The notes beneath the pieces are model-generated. The model searched no databases. It saw only the letters and a list, made by a program, of their open reading frames with translations, and was not told where the DNA came from. A stretch of 64,000 nt of DNA, from the IMG/VR virus record IMGVR_UViG_3300032287_004484, positions 124,001 to 188,000 of that record; one strand, 5' to 3'. How positions within the stretch are numbered: the first letter of the stretch is position 1; the number at the start of each line of letters is the position of its first letter. A program made the translations under genes and the position numbers. Positions 49,739 to 59,391 of the stretch are shown piece after piece.

Positions 49739-51565
49739 ATGCCAATAAATAAAATAGCATATCAAGTATTAGAAGAAAACCAACAAAATTATATCAATAT
49801 TCTTAGAAGTGGTCAATCAGTAAGTGATATAGGATGGACCACATATGCTGATTCAGCAGGAACTAATCCAGTCGATGGAATCGGTGGAAGCCCAAGTATT
49901 ACTTGGTCACAAAACACTTCTAGTCCTTTAAGTGGCGATTCTGACTTAAGATTAGTAAAAGATGCAGTTAATAGGCAAGGAAATGGAGTAAGTATTCCTT
50001 TCACTATTGCTAATAGACATTTAGGAAAAGTTCTTCAAATAACTTGTGATATGGAATTAATCTCTGGAACTTATGCTTCTGGAGATTTAAGAATAAGCAT
50101 AATACAAGACCCTACTGGAACTCCAGTTGTATTAGAACCTGTAGGAACGTCTCTTGAGTTAGGTATTGCAAATCAAAGAATAAGAGAAATTGCTACTTTT
50201 CAAAGTCATATCTCTATTACTTCTTATAGATTATGTATTCACGTAAGTAGTACAAGTGCAAACGCTTATACAGTAGATTTTGCTAATTTTAAAGTATGGG
50301 AACCAACTCAAAGTATAGGAAGTGTTATAACAGATTGGCAAAGTTATACACCTACAATAGTTGGGTGTGGTACAGTTTCTACTGTTGATTTTAGATGGAG
50401 AAGAGCTGGAAGTTCAATGGAGATATTCGGTTCATTTAGAACTGGTACTACAACAGCAGTTCCAATTCAAATTCCTTTGCCAAATGGTTTATTTCCAAAT
50501 TTACCAAATAGTGCTAATCAAACAAGAAATAGTGTTGGAATTGGGACAAGAGCGGAATATTCTTCAACCGTAAATTCTTATAATGTAATAGCTGATAATA
50601 GTTTAAATTATTTAACTTTTGGTTATTTGAATGCAGGTAGTTCATCTTATGACCCATTAGCAACTTTTAATTGTTCAAGTGTATTTAATACGAATGATGA
50701 TATACTTGTTCGTGCTGAAGTTCCAATAGCAGGTTGGGGTTCTAGTGTTGCAATGAGTTCTGATAGCGGAGATGGAAGAGTTATAAGTGCTATGGTTACA
50801 GGAAGTTTAAGTACTGGGGCAAATACTTCTACAAATTTAACTTGGAGTTCCCCTACTATACTTTATGATACTCATGGAGGTTTTAATGCTACTACTGGAT
50901 ATACTGCACCTGTTTCTGGTTATTATCAATTTACAGGTTATTTTAATACAGATAGCACAAGTGGGACTTATTGGAATGCTTGGGTATCGGGTTCAAATAG
51001 ACAAAGTTGTGGTGTATCTTTAAGCGGTTTTATTTTTGTTTCTGGTACAGTTTTATTATTGGCAGGGCAAAATTTAACATTTAGACCTGCTTCTGGTAGT
51101 GTAGCAAGCGTTAGTTCTGGAAATTATTTTACAATAAATAGAGTTTCAACCGGTAGTCAAGTTATTGCAACAAGTGAAACAGTTGCTTGTAGTGTTAATA
51201 AAACATCTGGAACTGCTAGTGCTTCAACAAGAATTGCATCTTGGAATACAAAAGATTTAGATACTCATGGAAGTTTTGATTTAACAAATGGAACTTTTAC
51301 AGTTCCAATGTCTGGAGTTTATTTAATAAATGCTTCTGCTCATACTTTTAATTTTACTTCTTATAATCAAGCAGGATTCACAATACGTTCTGGCACTACT
51401 GTTTTATCTACTTCAACGATGTACTTCACTTCTTCTTTTGAACCTGAGATAGGTACATCAGCTTTACGAAGATTTATAGCAGGTGATATAATTAGTTTAT
51501 ATGGTTATGGAAGTGGTTTTGCTTGCAATAATTTAATTATGAATATATCAAGGATAGGAATATGA
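49739..51565 (+). CDS. Receptor-binding protein with C1q/TNF-like C-terminal domains
   Basis: TDWQSYTP, YDTHGGF...YTAPVSGYY, DTHGSF...FTVPMSGVY. Confidence 0.75.
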   Translation: MPINKIAYQVLEENQQNYINILRSGQSVSDIGWTTYADSAGTNPVDGIGGSPSITWSQNTSSPLSGDSDLRLVKDAVNRQGNGVSIPFTIANRHLGKVLQITCDMELISGTYASGDLRISIIQDPTGTPVVLEPVGTSLELGIANQRIREIATFQSHISITSYRLCIHVSSTSANAYTVDFANFKVWEPTQSIGSVITDWQSYTPTIVGCGTVSTVDFRWRRAGSSMEIFGSFRTGTTTAVPIQIPLPNGLFPNLPNSANQTRNSVGIGTRAEYSSTVNSYNVIADNSLNYLTFGYLNAGSSSYDPLATFNCSSVFNTNDDILVRAEVPIAGWGSSVAMSSDSGDGRVISAMVTGSLSTGANTSTNLTWSSPTILYDTHGGFNATTGYTAPVSGYYQFTGYFNTDSTSGTYWNAWVSGSNRQSCGVSLSGFIFVSGTVLLLAGQNLTFRPASGSVASVSSGNYFTINRVSTGSQVIATSETVACSVNKTSGTASASTRIASWNTKDLDTHGSFDLTNGTFTVPMSGVYLINASAHTFNFTSYNQAGFTIRSGTTVLSTSTMYFTSSFEPEIGTSALRRFIAGDIISLYGYGSGFACNNLIMNISRIGI

Positions 51566-52104
51566 TAAAATTAATTATTAAAAATATATACTTGCCTTAT
51601 CCTCAATACAGTTGGGATACAATAAAAGAAAACCAAGAAGAAGCCGATAAGTTTATAGATAACAATAGACATCTTTTTGGTAAACCTGAAAGATGGGCTC
51701 TTGCTAAAGAACTTATGGAAAATGGTGATACAAACGAACCAGAACATTGGATGTGGCACTCAGAACATTATGAAGATAGTGATGTTTTACAAACTGAAAT
51801 TAGAATTAGAAAATATATCGTAAATGAACTTAATGAGTTAGGTCATACAATAGAAGTAGAAAAAGAAGAAAGTGAAAATTGGGTATTACTTAAAGCCGAT
51901 TATACTATCGAAATAATAGATTTAGATAACGATTATGATTGGTTATTAAGTGAATGTCATAGAAAGAGAAAAGCTGAATATCCTGATAGTGGTGATTATT
52001 TAGATGCTATTGTGAAAGGCGATGAAGAACAAAAACAAACGTATATAGATAAGTGTTTAGAAGTTAAACTAAAATATCCTAAACCTATAAGAGAGGATAT
52101 ATAA
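51562..52104 (+). CDS. Fibre assembly chaperone-like protein
   Basis: RKAEYP...YLDAIVKG...VKLKYPK. Confidence 0.65.
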   Translation: MIKLIIKNIYLPYPQYSWDTIKENQEEADKFIDNNRHLFGKPERWALAKELMENGDTNEPEHWMWHSEHYEDSDVLQTEIRIRKYIVNELNELGHTIEVEKEESENWVLLKADYTIEIIDLDNDYDWLLSECHRKRKAEYPDSGDYLDAIVKGDEEQKQTYIDKCLEVKLKYPKPIREDI

Positions 52105-52668
52105 ATGGCTATTGGTTTTAATAATGATATTAATAATCTAGGAGTATTAAATGGGACTATTAATAGTGAGTTTAGAAATGTAATTCAAAATATAACAAAT
52201 TTATCTACTGGTCAAAATAATGGAACTACTACTTCATTATACAATAATATCCAATCTCTTTCAAATAGTACAAGTCAATATAGAATAATATGTCAAGGAA
52301 CTATTATTCCTAAATCTTCTAATTCCTTAATAGAGGTAATAGGATTTTTAAGTGGGTATGCTGATAATACTGCAACAACTCAAATGGAATCATTAGTATA
52401 TGTTCATACTGCTAGTCAAGGAACAATAGCAGGTCTAGCATCAAATCCACCATCAGGAACTTTAATAGGTAAATTTATTGCGGGTACGTCAATTTCTACT
52501 ACTGGGGCAGGTGTTGGTTCTTTTGGAGTATTAGCTTATACCACAAGCCTAATAGCAAACACTACTTATTTTATTACTTTAATAAGTCGTAGTTATAATG
52601 GAAGTTATGCCTATGTAAATATTTCCAATGTGCACTTTTCTAGTATGGTATTTAAGGAGTATATATAA
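52105..52668 (+). CDS. Short fibre tip / receptor-binding domain protein
   Basis: TIIPKSSNSLIEV, C-terminal MVFKEY shared with neighbouring tip proteins. Confidence 0.65.
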   Translation: MAIGFNNDINNLGVLNGTINSEFRNVIQNITNLSTGQNNGTTTSLYNNIQSLSNSTSQYRIICQGTIIPKSSNSLIEVIGFLSGYADNTATTQMESLVYVHTASQGTIAGLASNPPSGTLIGKFIAGTSISTTGAGVGSFGVLAYTTSLIANTTYFITLISRSYNGSYAYVNISNVHFSSMVFKEYI

Positions 52669-52669
52669 A

Positions 52670-53008
52670 ATGCTAAATTATTCTGATATATTAAAAAATG
52701 CTAATTATAATAAAACATATTCTAGTAAAGATGTTCATGATTGGAATACGTTTATATTTGATAATCCAGAAGATAAACCTAATGAAGAATTATTAAATCA
52801 ATTTATACATTATGTAAGTAATATACTACCAATCAAAGAAAAACAAAAAGAGATTCAAAGATTATTATTAGAATCTGATTATATCGAACTATCTTCTTTT
52901 TTAGAACGTAAAGGACAAGAAACCTATAATCTTTGGATGACTTATCGAACTAATTTAAGAGAAGCATATCATGATTTTGAATTACCTATACCTGAGAAAC
53001 CATTATGA
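52670..53008 (+). CDS. Fibre assembly chaperone-like protein
   Basis: LLESDY...WMTYRTNLR...PEKP; start at ATG 52670. Confidence 0.65.
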   Translation: MLNYSDILKNANYNKTYSSKDVHDWNTFIFDNPEDKPNEELLNQFIHYVSNILPIKEKQKEIQRLLLESDYIELSSFLERKGQETYNLWMTYRTNLREAYHDFELPIPEKPL

Positions 53009-53301
53009 AAAGCATTACTGAAATAGAAAAAGATGGTTACATTTTAGTTAATAATCCAGATCTTGTACCCGAATATAAATTTAATCTTTCTAATTATGCT
53101 ATTGGTAGTGGTGAAAGGGCTCTTTATTTTGGTGAATTACAGGTATATAATACTTTAAAAGTTGAAGGTGAATTAAATGTTTTATCTGGAACTTTATATA
53201 GTTATAATTTAGGTTCATCTATAACGAGTGATACTACTATTTATGGAGTAATTAATGTTACTGATGAAATAAATATTGGAGGGATTCTAACTGTAATATG
53301 A
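53005..53301 (+). CDS. Small fibre-associated protein
   Basis: Coupled ORF, beta-repeat character. Confidence 0.6.
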   Translation: MKSITEIEKDGYILVNNPDLVPEYKFNLSNYAIGSGERALYFGELQVYNTLKVEGELNVLSGTLYSYNLGSSITSDTTIYGVINVTDEINIGGILTVI

Positions 53302-53582
53302 AAATTTTTCAAAATAATACTTTTCCAATTAAAATAAGAAAACAAAATACTGATAGTCAATCAATAAATATTTTCAATTATCGAAATGTATTTTTTAAAG
53401 GTGATATAAATATTTCTGATCTTAATATAGATTCTACAAGTTCAGCAAGTTTTTTAGAACAAAAACCAATTAACATAGAAAATATAAATATAGAATCAGG
53501 TAAATTATTATTAATTGATCAAGATGTAAGAATAATTAGTGATGTTATTATAGCAAATGGTGGAGAAATGAGGATCATATAA
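53298..53582 (+). CDS. Small fibre-associated protein
   Basis: Coupled ORF, beta-repeat character. Confidence 0.6.
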   Translation: MKIFQNNTFPIKIRKQNTDSQSINIFNYRNVFFKGDINISDLNIDSTSSASFLEQKPINIENINIESGKLLLIDQDVRIISDVIIANGGEMRII

Positions 53583-54260
53583 ATGGCTAGTATTATCAAA
53601 GTAGATCAAATACAAGAAAGTACTACTGGTGTAGGAACTAATTTCTCTAACACTGGAAGTGCTACTACTCCTACTATATCTATAGGGAATCAAACTAATA
53701 AAGGATTGTATCATTTAGCAAATGATAAAATAGGAGTATCAGTTGGTGGACAAAGAGTAGGTGAGATAGGTGCAGGTTATGGCGGATTTACTGGGAATAT
53801 AATTCAAGTTCAAAGCACAGTAAAAAGTAATCCATTTACATTAAATGCTACAAATACTTTTACTGATATTCCAGGATTAAACGTAACGGTGATTCCTAAA
53901 TATAATACAAGCAGAATATTAATTATTTGTCATATAGGCTGTGTAAGTACTGGTACTGGTGGAGGAGCTTCCATATTTAGATTTATGAGAAATAGTACGG
54001 CAGTAGGAATAGGTGATGCAGAATCATCTAGATTAAGAGCTGGATTTAGAACTTCTCTTGGATATAACGGTGATCATGGAAATGCTACATCTATGACTTT
54101 TTTAGATTCACCATCCTCTACTTCATCATTAGTTTATACTGTACAAATGGCATGTGAATTTAATACTACTATTAATGGAACAATAAGTAATAGTGACGGT
54201 GCTAATACATATCAAGCAAGACATATTTCAACTATAACAGTAATGGAATTACAGCAATGA
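53583..54260 (+). CDS. Short fibre tip / receptor-binding protein
   Basis: MASIIKVDQI, GNIIQVQ, PKYNTSRILI, FLDSPSSTS, STITVME. Confidence 0.75.
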   Translation: MASIIKVDQIQESTTGVGTNFSNTGSATTPTISIGNQTNKGLYHLANDKIGVSVGGQRVGEIGAGYGGFTGNIIQVQSTVKSNPFTLNATNTFTDIPGLNVTVIPKYNTSRILIICHIGCVSTGTGGGASIFRFMRNSTAVGIGDAESSRLRAGFRTSLGYNGDHGNATSMTFLDSPSSTSSLVYTVQMACEFNTTINGTISNSDGANTYQARHISTITVMELQQ

Positions 54261-54604
54261 TAAATTATGTTTTAATATTAGATACTAATTATAAAGAAAA
54301 AAAATGGTCTTTAGATGGATATACTTATGATGGTCTTAACTGGTTAGATGAATCTCCAAAACCAACTAAAGAAGAATTAGATTCTCAATGGGAACAAGTT
54401 TTATCTATAAAAAATAAACAAAATTGTAAATCAAAAGCTAAACAGTTAATTGCTAATACTGATTGGTCTGTTTTACCTGATGTAAATATAACTAATAAAT
54501 CAGAATTTGAATCATATAGAAACATATTAAGAAATTACATTATTAATCCTATAGAAAATCCAGAATTTCCTATTGAACCAAAACCTGTATGGAGTATAGA
54601 ATAA
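54257..54604 (+). CDS. Fibre assembly chaperone (XkdW/tail-assembly-like)
   Basis: WSLDGYTYDGLNWLDESPKPT, TDWS, YRNILR. Confidence 0.7.
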   Translation: MINYVLILDTNYKEKKWSLDGYTYDGLNWLDESPKPTKEELDSQWEQVLSIKNKQNCKSKAKQLIANTDWSVLPDVNITNKSEFESYRNILRNYIINPIENPEFPIEPKPVWSIE

Positions 54605-54605
54605 G

Positions 54606-55322
54606 ATGCCTGATAGTATTATAAAAGCAGATAATATAACTTCTCTTAGTGGAGGTGGTATAGGTTTTCCTGATGGAAGCGCAGCTAATCCATCACTAAA
54701 ATTTACTAATGATGGAGATACGGGATTATATAGAATAGGAAGCAATACTATTGGTATAGCAAGTAATGGAAGTAAAGTAGGTGAAATAGGTGCTGATTAT
54801 GGAGCTTTTAAAGGTAATGTAGTTCAATGTAGAGTTACAAGATATGATATACAAACATCTGGTTCAACAGGTAGTGGAGTGGATGGAGTAGAATTAACTG
54901 GAATGAGAGTATCTATTACTCCTAAATTTGCTAGTAGTATGATTCTTTGTCAATTTCAAGTTCATTTAGAACTGAACAGTGCTGATTGGGATGCAATGTT
55001 TACTGTTTATAGAAATGGTGCGGTACCAACTGGGGTTTATGCGGGTTTTAATACAGTTGTAGGTAATGCTAATTGGAGCGGATTAAGTATAACATCTTAC
55101 TATGATTCAACAAATAATGCTGATTCTACTCCAAATACACAATCTTTTATGTATCACGATTTTCCTAATACTACTAATACATTAACTTATGCTCCAGGAA
55201 TTAAAACAAGTTCTCCTAGCGCAGCTAAAACTTTTTATATAAATAGAACAGTCAGTAGTCTTGGAGCAAGTTCTTATGAAGCTGGCGTTTGTTTTTCTAC
55301 TGTTTGGGAGATTGCACAATGA
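54606..55322 (+). CDS. Short fibre tip / receptor-binding protein
   Basis: GSAANPSLKF..DGDTGLY, ITPKFASS, HDFPNTT, WEIAQ. Confidence 0.75.
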   Translation: MPDSIIKADNITSLSGGGIGFPDGSAANPSLKFTNDGDTGLYRIGSNTIGIASNGSKVGEIGADYGAFKGNVVQCRVTRYDIQTSGSTGSGVDGVELTGMRVSITPKFASSMILCQFQVHLELNSADWDAMFTVYRNGAVPTGVYAGFNTVVGNANWSGLSITSYYDSTNNADSTPNTQSFMYHDFPNTTNTLTYAPGIKTSSPSAAKTFYINRTVSSLGASSYEAGVCFSTVWEIAQ

Positions 55323-55871
55323 TACGAAAACCTAGTATTACAGATGCTATTATAAGTTTAAGACCAAATAGTGCTTTTATTTTAGAAAGTGACGATATAT
55401 CTCGATTAGAATGGAAAGATAATAATACTATTTCTCCAACCTTAGAAGAAATACAAAATGAATTAAATAGATTACAACAAGATTTTTATAATATAGAATA
55501 TAAAAATTTAAGAGAAAAAGAATACCCTAATATTAAAAATCAATTAGATATTTTGTATCACCAAGGATATGATGGGTGGAAAAAAGTAATTCAAGAAATA
55601 AAGGATAAATATCCTAAAAATGGAAATATTTAATGAATAAATTAATTAATTTTATTGAAAATCTAGTATTTCTTAATAAACCACAAACGATATGGAAGGA
55701 GTCATAAATTGATTATAAGTGGTGATACAATTCAACCATCTATTGGAACTAATATAACTGTTCCTAGTGGATTAGGTATAAATGTTGGAAGTACTAAAAT
55801 AGGTGAAATAGGTGCTGATTATGGAGCTTTTAAAGGTAATGTAGTTCAATGTAGAGTTACAAGATATGATA
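54778..55871 (+). repeat. 72 bp exact direct repeat (54778-54849 and 55800-55871) in duplicated fibre-tip cassettes
   Basis: TAGGTGAAATAGGTGCTGATTATGG...GATATGATA identical in both copies. Confidence 0.9.
55319..55633 (+). CDS. Fibre assembly chaperone (XkdW-like)
   Basis: AIISLRP, REKEYP..QLDILYH..W...IKDKYPK; ATGA overlap start. Confidence 0.75.
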   Translation: MIRKPSITDAIISLRPNSAFILESDDISRLEWKDNNTISPTLEEIQNELNRLQQDFYNIEYKNLREKEYPNIKNQLDILYHQGYDGWKKVIQEIKDKYPKNGNI

Positions 55872-56341
55872 CACAAGTAAGTCTTACAACTGGTACTGGT
55901 GTTAGTGGAATCGAAATAACTGGGATGCAAGTTTCTATAACTCCTAAATTTATAAATAGTATGATAATTTGTCAATTTCAGATTCATGGAGAAGGTTCAA
56001 GCGGAGAGCATAATTTAATGTTTAATGTTTATCGAAACGGAAGTATACCAACAGGTACTTATTCTGCCTTTAATACAGTTGCTGGAAATAATATTTGGTC
56101 TGGAGTGTCAATGGCCACTATATATGATTCTGCTCAAAATAGTGATTCAACTCCTACTACTCAAACTTTTTTTTATCATGATTTTCCAAATACTAATTCT
56201 AATTTGATATATTCTCCAGGAGTAAAATCTACGGATGGCACAAGTAGAACTTTTGTTGTAAATCGTTCCATAGGAAGTTTAGGAGGATCAGCTTCTGAAG
56301 TTGGGATTAGTTATTCTATGGTTTGGGAGATTGCTCAATGA
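55709..56341 (+). CDS. Short fibre tip / receptor-binding protein (paralog of 54606-55322)
   Basis: TTG start with AAGGAG RBS; high similarity to 54606 protein. Confidence 0.75.
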   Translation: MIISGDTIQPSIGTNITVPSGLGINVGSTKIGEIGADYGAFKGNVVQCRVTRYDTQVSLTTGTGVSGIEITGMQVSITPKFINSMIICQFQIHGEGSSGEHNLMFNVYRNGSIPTGTYSAFNTVAGNNIWSGVSMATIYDSAQNSDSTPTTQTFFYHDFPNTNSNLIYSPGVKSTDGTSRTFVVNRSIGSLGGSASEVGISYSMVWEIAQ

Positions 56342-56655
56342 AAAATAAACCTTTACTATCAGATGCAATAATTAAAATTAGACCTAATAGTGCTTTTATT
56401 TTAGAAAACGAAGATCTTTCAAGATTAGAATGGAAAGATAACTCTATTTCTCCTCCTAATGTTGATGAAATAAATTTTGAATATTCAAAACTTTTACAAG
56501 AATATGAATCTTATGATTATTGGAGAAATAGAAAAAAAGAATATCCTAAAATAGAAGATCAGTTAGATATTCTTTATCACCAAGGATATGATGGTTGGAA
56601 AAAAATAATCCAAGAAATAAAAGATAAATATCCTAAAAATGGAGATACTAAGTGA
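56338..56655 (+). CDS. Fibre assembly chaperone (paralog of 55319-55633)
   Basis: Near-identical QLDILYHQGYDGWKK.IQEIKDKYPKNG. Confidence 0.75.
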   Translation: MKNKPLLSDAIIKIRPNSAFILENEDLSRLEWKDNSISPPNVDEINFEYSKLLQEYESYDYWRNRKKEYPKIEDQLDILYHQGYDGWKKIIQEIKDKYPKNGDTK

Positions 56656-57722
56656 GTAAATTATATGTAGATCAAATACTTCCTAGTACCACAAATAATG
56701 TTTCTTTTGTACAAGGTGGAACTTCTAATTTTATATCACCTTCTTTTGTTGGTGAATTAAAATCATTTAGGATTAGAAGAACTACTTCTGTCGCTTTTCC
56801 TTTTTGGAATTTATCTCTACCAGACCAAACATTATCAGCAGGAACTTATCCTGATTATGTTGAATATCTCCGAAGTATAAAAATAGAAACATGTAATCCT
56901 ACATTATTGACAGGTAACGTATCTACAAGTGGGAACTCTACTACTATAACCTTTGCTTCTTCTCAAACTTTAACAGCAGGTAGTTTATTATATTTTCATT
57001 CTTCAGCTCAATTTAGAATTATTCTTTCTGGAAGCACAACATCTTATGTAGTAGATGAACCTATTACTTTATCGAGTCAAGCCGTATCTTTAATAGATCA
57101 ATCAACATACAGTTCTATTTTTTCAGGTGCTTGGAGTACTACGGCTTTTACCTTAACTGACAATGCTCAAAATAAAATTCTATTAGATGCTTTGACCGAA
57201 GATGCTTACTATACTGGTGCAAGTATTTCTAGTAATGTAATAACGCCAATTAATACTACTAACTGGTTAATTCTTAGATGGGGAACTACTGATATTAATA
57301 TAACAAGTTTTAATCCTACAACAAGAGTACTAAATATTGCTTCTGGTTCTCCTAGTGGCACTACAATAGAATTATATCCACATCGTATTTCAGGTTCTAT
57401 AAATGCTTATCATAAACAAGTTGAAGATTCTGTACTAATTAATAATGGAATACAAGTAGTAAATGGTTTAAGATTGAGGGATAGATTTCAAGGACATAGA
57501 CATCAAGCCTTTGGTAGTTCTAGTACGGGAACTAGGTCTACATTAGCCGACAATATCTCTTATGTAGGTTTTGATCCAGGAGGGACTACGGGGCAATCTA
57601 ATGGTATGGTTTTAAATCCATCTACGGATACAGTAAACGGAACGCCAAGAACGGGACAATTTACTAGACCTAGAGGACTTGGGGTAATTTTCTATGAGTA
57701 TATGGGAAGGGTAACAGCATGA
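56652..57722 (+). CDS. Tail fibre protein with collar-like and HxH tip motifs
   Basis: VGEL, RDRFQGHRH, GTPRTGQFTRPR. Confidence 0.75.
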   Translation: MSKLYVDQILPSTTNNVSFVQGGTSNFISPSFVGELKSFRIRRTTSVAFPFWNLSLPDQTLSAGTYPDYVEYLRSIKIETCNPTLLTGNVSTSGNSTTITFASSQTLTAGSLLYFHSSAQFRIILSGSTTSYVVDEPITLSSQAVSLIDQSTYSSIFSGAWSTTAFTLTDNAQNKILLDALTEDAYYTGASISSNVITPINTTNWLILRWGTTDINITSFNPTTRVLNIASGSPSGTTIELYPHRISGSINAYHKQVEDSVLINNGIQVVNGLRLRDRFQGHRHQAFGSSSTGTRSTLADNISYVGFDPGGTTGQSNGMVLNPSTDTVNGTPRTGQFTRPRGLGVIFYEYMGRVTA

Positions 57723-58159
57723 GCCTTACAAAAATAACAAGTACAGTAATAAATACTTTAAGTTCTTTTTTTAGTATTAATAGTAGTACAGGAGCAATAA
57801 CTACAAATGTTCCTGATTTAATTGGAAGTAATACAACACTATATCCTTCTTTTGCATGTAGAGCATGGGTAAATTTTAATGGAGTTCCATCTACTCCTAC
57901 AATTCGAGCAAGTGGAAATGTATTGAGCGTTACAAAGACTGCTGATGGCGATTATACCGTAAATTTTATAACTCCTATGCCCGATGCGAATTATTGTATA
58001 TTTTCAACAGGTCACCAAGTGGATGCAGATGGCACATTTATTTCTTTTAGCGTTCTTTCAAGAAGTACAACAGGGTATAGAATAAGATGTGGACATTATG
58101 ATAGTGGGCAATATAGTCTTAGAAATTGTGATTATGTAGGTACTGGAGTATTTAGATGA
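57719..58159 (+). CDS. Short fibre tip protein
   Basis: CRAWVNFNG...IRASGNV.SV...GDYTVNF..PMPDANY. Confidence 0.75.
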   Translation: MSLTKITSTVINTLSSFFSINSSTGAITTNVPDLIGSNTTLYPSFACRAWVNFNGVPSTPTIRASGNVLSVTKTADGDYTVNFITPMPDANYCIFSTGHQVDADGTFISFSVLSRSTTGYRIRCGHYDSGQYSLRNCDYVGTGVFR

Positions 58160-58210
58160 GAATAGCCGGATATAACAAAAAAGATAATAGATTAGAAGTT
58201 TAGAAGGAAA

Positions 58211-58558
58211 TTAAAAATAATTATTATCTTCACAATTATTAATTATTTCTTCAACTTTATTTTTCCAATTAGTATCATAAATAATTTTTTTATGTTCAAA
58301 ATTTAGTGGTCTAAAATTACAACTGTTCATGTCTCGATTTATTAAATAAAAAATAACATATATCTTCCAATCTTTTTCTTCTGGCATAGTTCCGATTAAA
58401 TATTGACTTAATAACTTATGTGATTTATTTAGATTGCCATTACCATATTCTAATAAACCATTAAATTTTAAATCGTTTAGAATATCAGAAGTAGATAAAT
58501 GTTCAAAGGGTAAGCATATGCCTGTAAATAAAATAAACATTAATAAAAATTTTTTCAT
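58211..58558 (-). CDS. Hypothetical secreted protein
   Basis: Signal peptide-like MKKFLLMFILFTGIC; GGAG RBS. Confidence 0.6.
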   Translation of the reverse strand: MKKFLLMFILFTGICLPFEHLSTSDILNDLKFNGLLEYGNGNLNKSHKLLSQYLIGTMPEEKDWKIYVIFYLINRDMNSCNFRPLNFEHKKIIYDTNWKNKVEEIINNCEDNNYF

Positions 58559-58657
58559 AAAGATTCTCCATAAATAAGCATTTAGTATAATTTCTATATA
58601 ATATACAAGAAGTGTACCAAGGTTAAATTTTTTTTAAAAAATAGAACTATAAAAAAA

Positions 58658-58687
58658 TAAACATTAGAACATAATTTCAAATATAAT
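58658..58687 (+). promoter_or_regulatory. TAAACA-N18-TATAAT promoter, probably leaderless
   Basis: -10 box ends 5 nt before ATG 58693; no SD. Confidence 0.6.
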
Positions 58688-58692
58688 AAAAT

Positions 58693-59106
58693 ATGGATAA
58701 TACTAAAAAGACTGATTACTTTAATGTTTTTAAATTTAAAGCTTATTTTGTTTTAGATTCTAAGAAATCTAGTAATCTTATGGAAGAATATTTAGATGGC
58801 ATTGAGTTTTTTTATAAGAAGAAAAGTTTTTTTTCATTTAATAAAAATAAAATTATTATTGATGTTTATTATAACATGAATAAGAATTTTGATATTGTTA
58901 AAAATGAATTGAAAAATAATAAAAAACTTCTTATTGGTAAACAAATAATAATAAAGAATTTATCAAGTGATGAAAAAACTCAAATAGAAACTTTTAGATT
59001 AAAAATAAAAAAATATTTAAAGATAGAAATATTTCCTAATAAAATAAGTTATTCTAAAACTGGTAGATTATTTTATAAAATAAGGTTGGAGTGTATAGAG
59101 GTATGA
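58693..59106 (+). CDS. Hypothetical protein
   Basis: 137 aa ORF behind TAAACA-N18-TATAAT. Confidence 0.6.
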   Translation: MDNTKKTDYFNVFKFKAYFVLDSKKSSNLMEEYLDGIEFFYKKKSFFSFNKNKIIIDVYYNMNKNFDIVKNELKNNKKLLIGKQIIIKNLSSDEKTQIETFRLKIKKYLKIEIFPNKISYSKTGRLFYKIRLECIEV

Positions 59107-59390
59107 ATAAGAAAGATTTAATTGTTGCTTTATGTAAAAAGAATGATTTTGATTTTATCGAACCAGAATTTTTAGATATAACTAAAAATGAATATTTTCA
59201 AATGGTTTTTGCTTCGCCAGATGAAGAGAAGATTAACAGTATGAATGATGTTAATAAATTTGTTAATTTTATTGAAATGATAATAGATGAATCAGAGAAA
59301 ATTTATAAAAAGAAATTTAATGATCGTATCTTTATGATAAAAGATTCACTCCTCGTCTTTGGTGAGTGGAAAGAATTAGAGAAGGTTTGA
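59103..59390 (+). CDS. Hypothetical protein
   Basis: ATGA overlap with GAGG RBS. Confidence 0.65.
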   Translation: MNKKDLIVALCKKNDFDFIEPEFLDITKNEYFQMVFASPDEEKINSMNDVNKFVNFIEMIIDESEKIYKKKFNDRIFMIKDSLLVFGEWKELEKV

Positions 59391-59391
59391 T

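Noticed and set aside
54606-56655. Diversity-generating retroelement (TR/VR pair) in the duplicated tip genes
   Set aside because: Differences are not adenine-specific, both copies are intact genes with their own chaperones, and no reverse transcriptase is in the window
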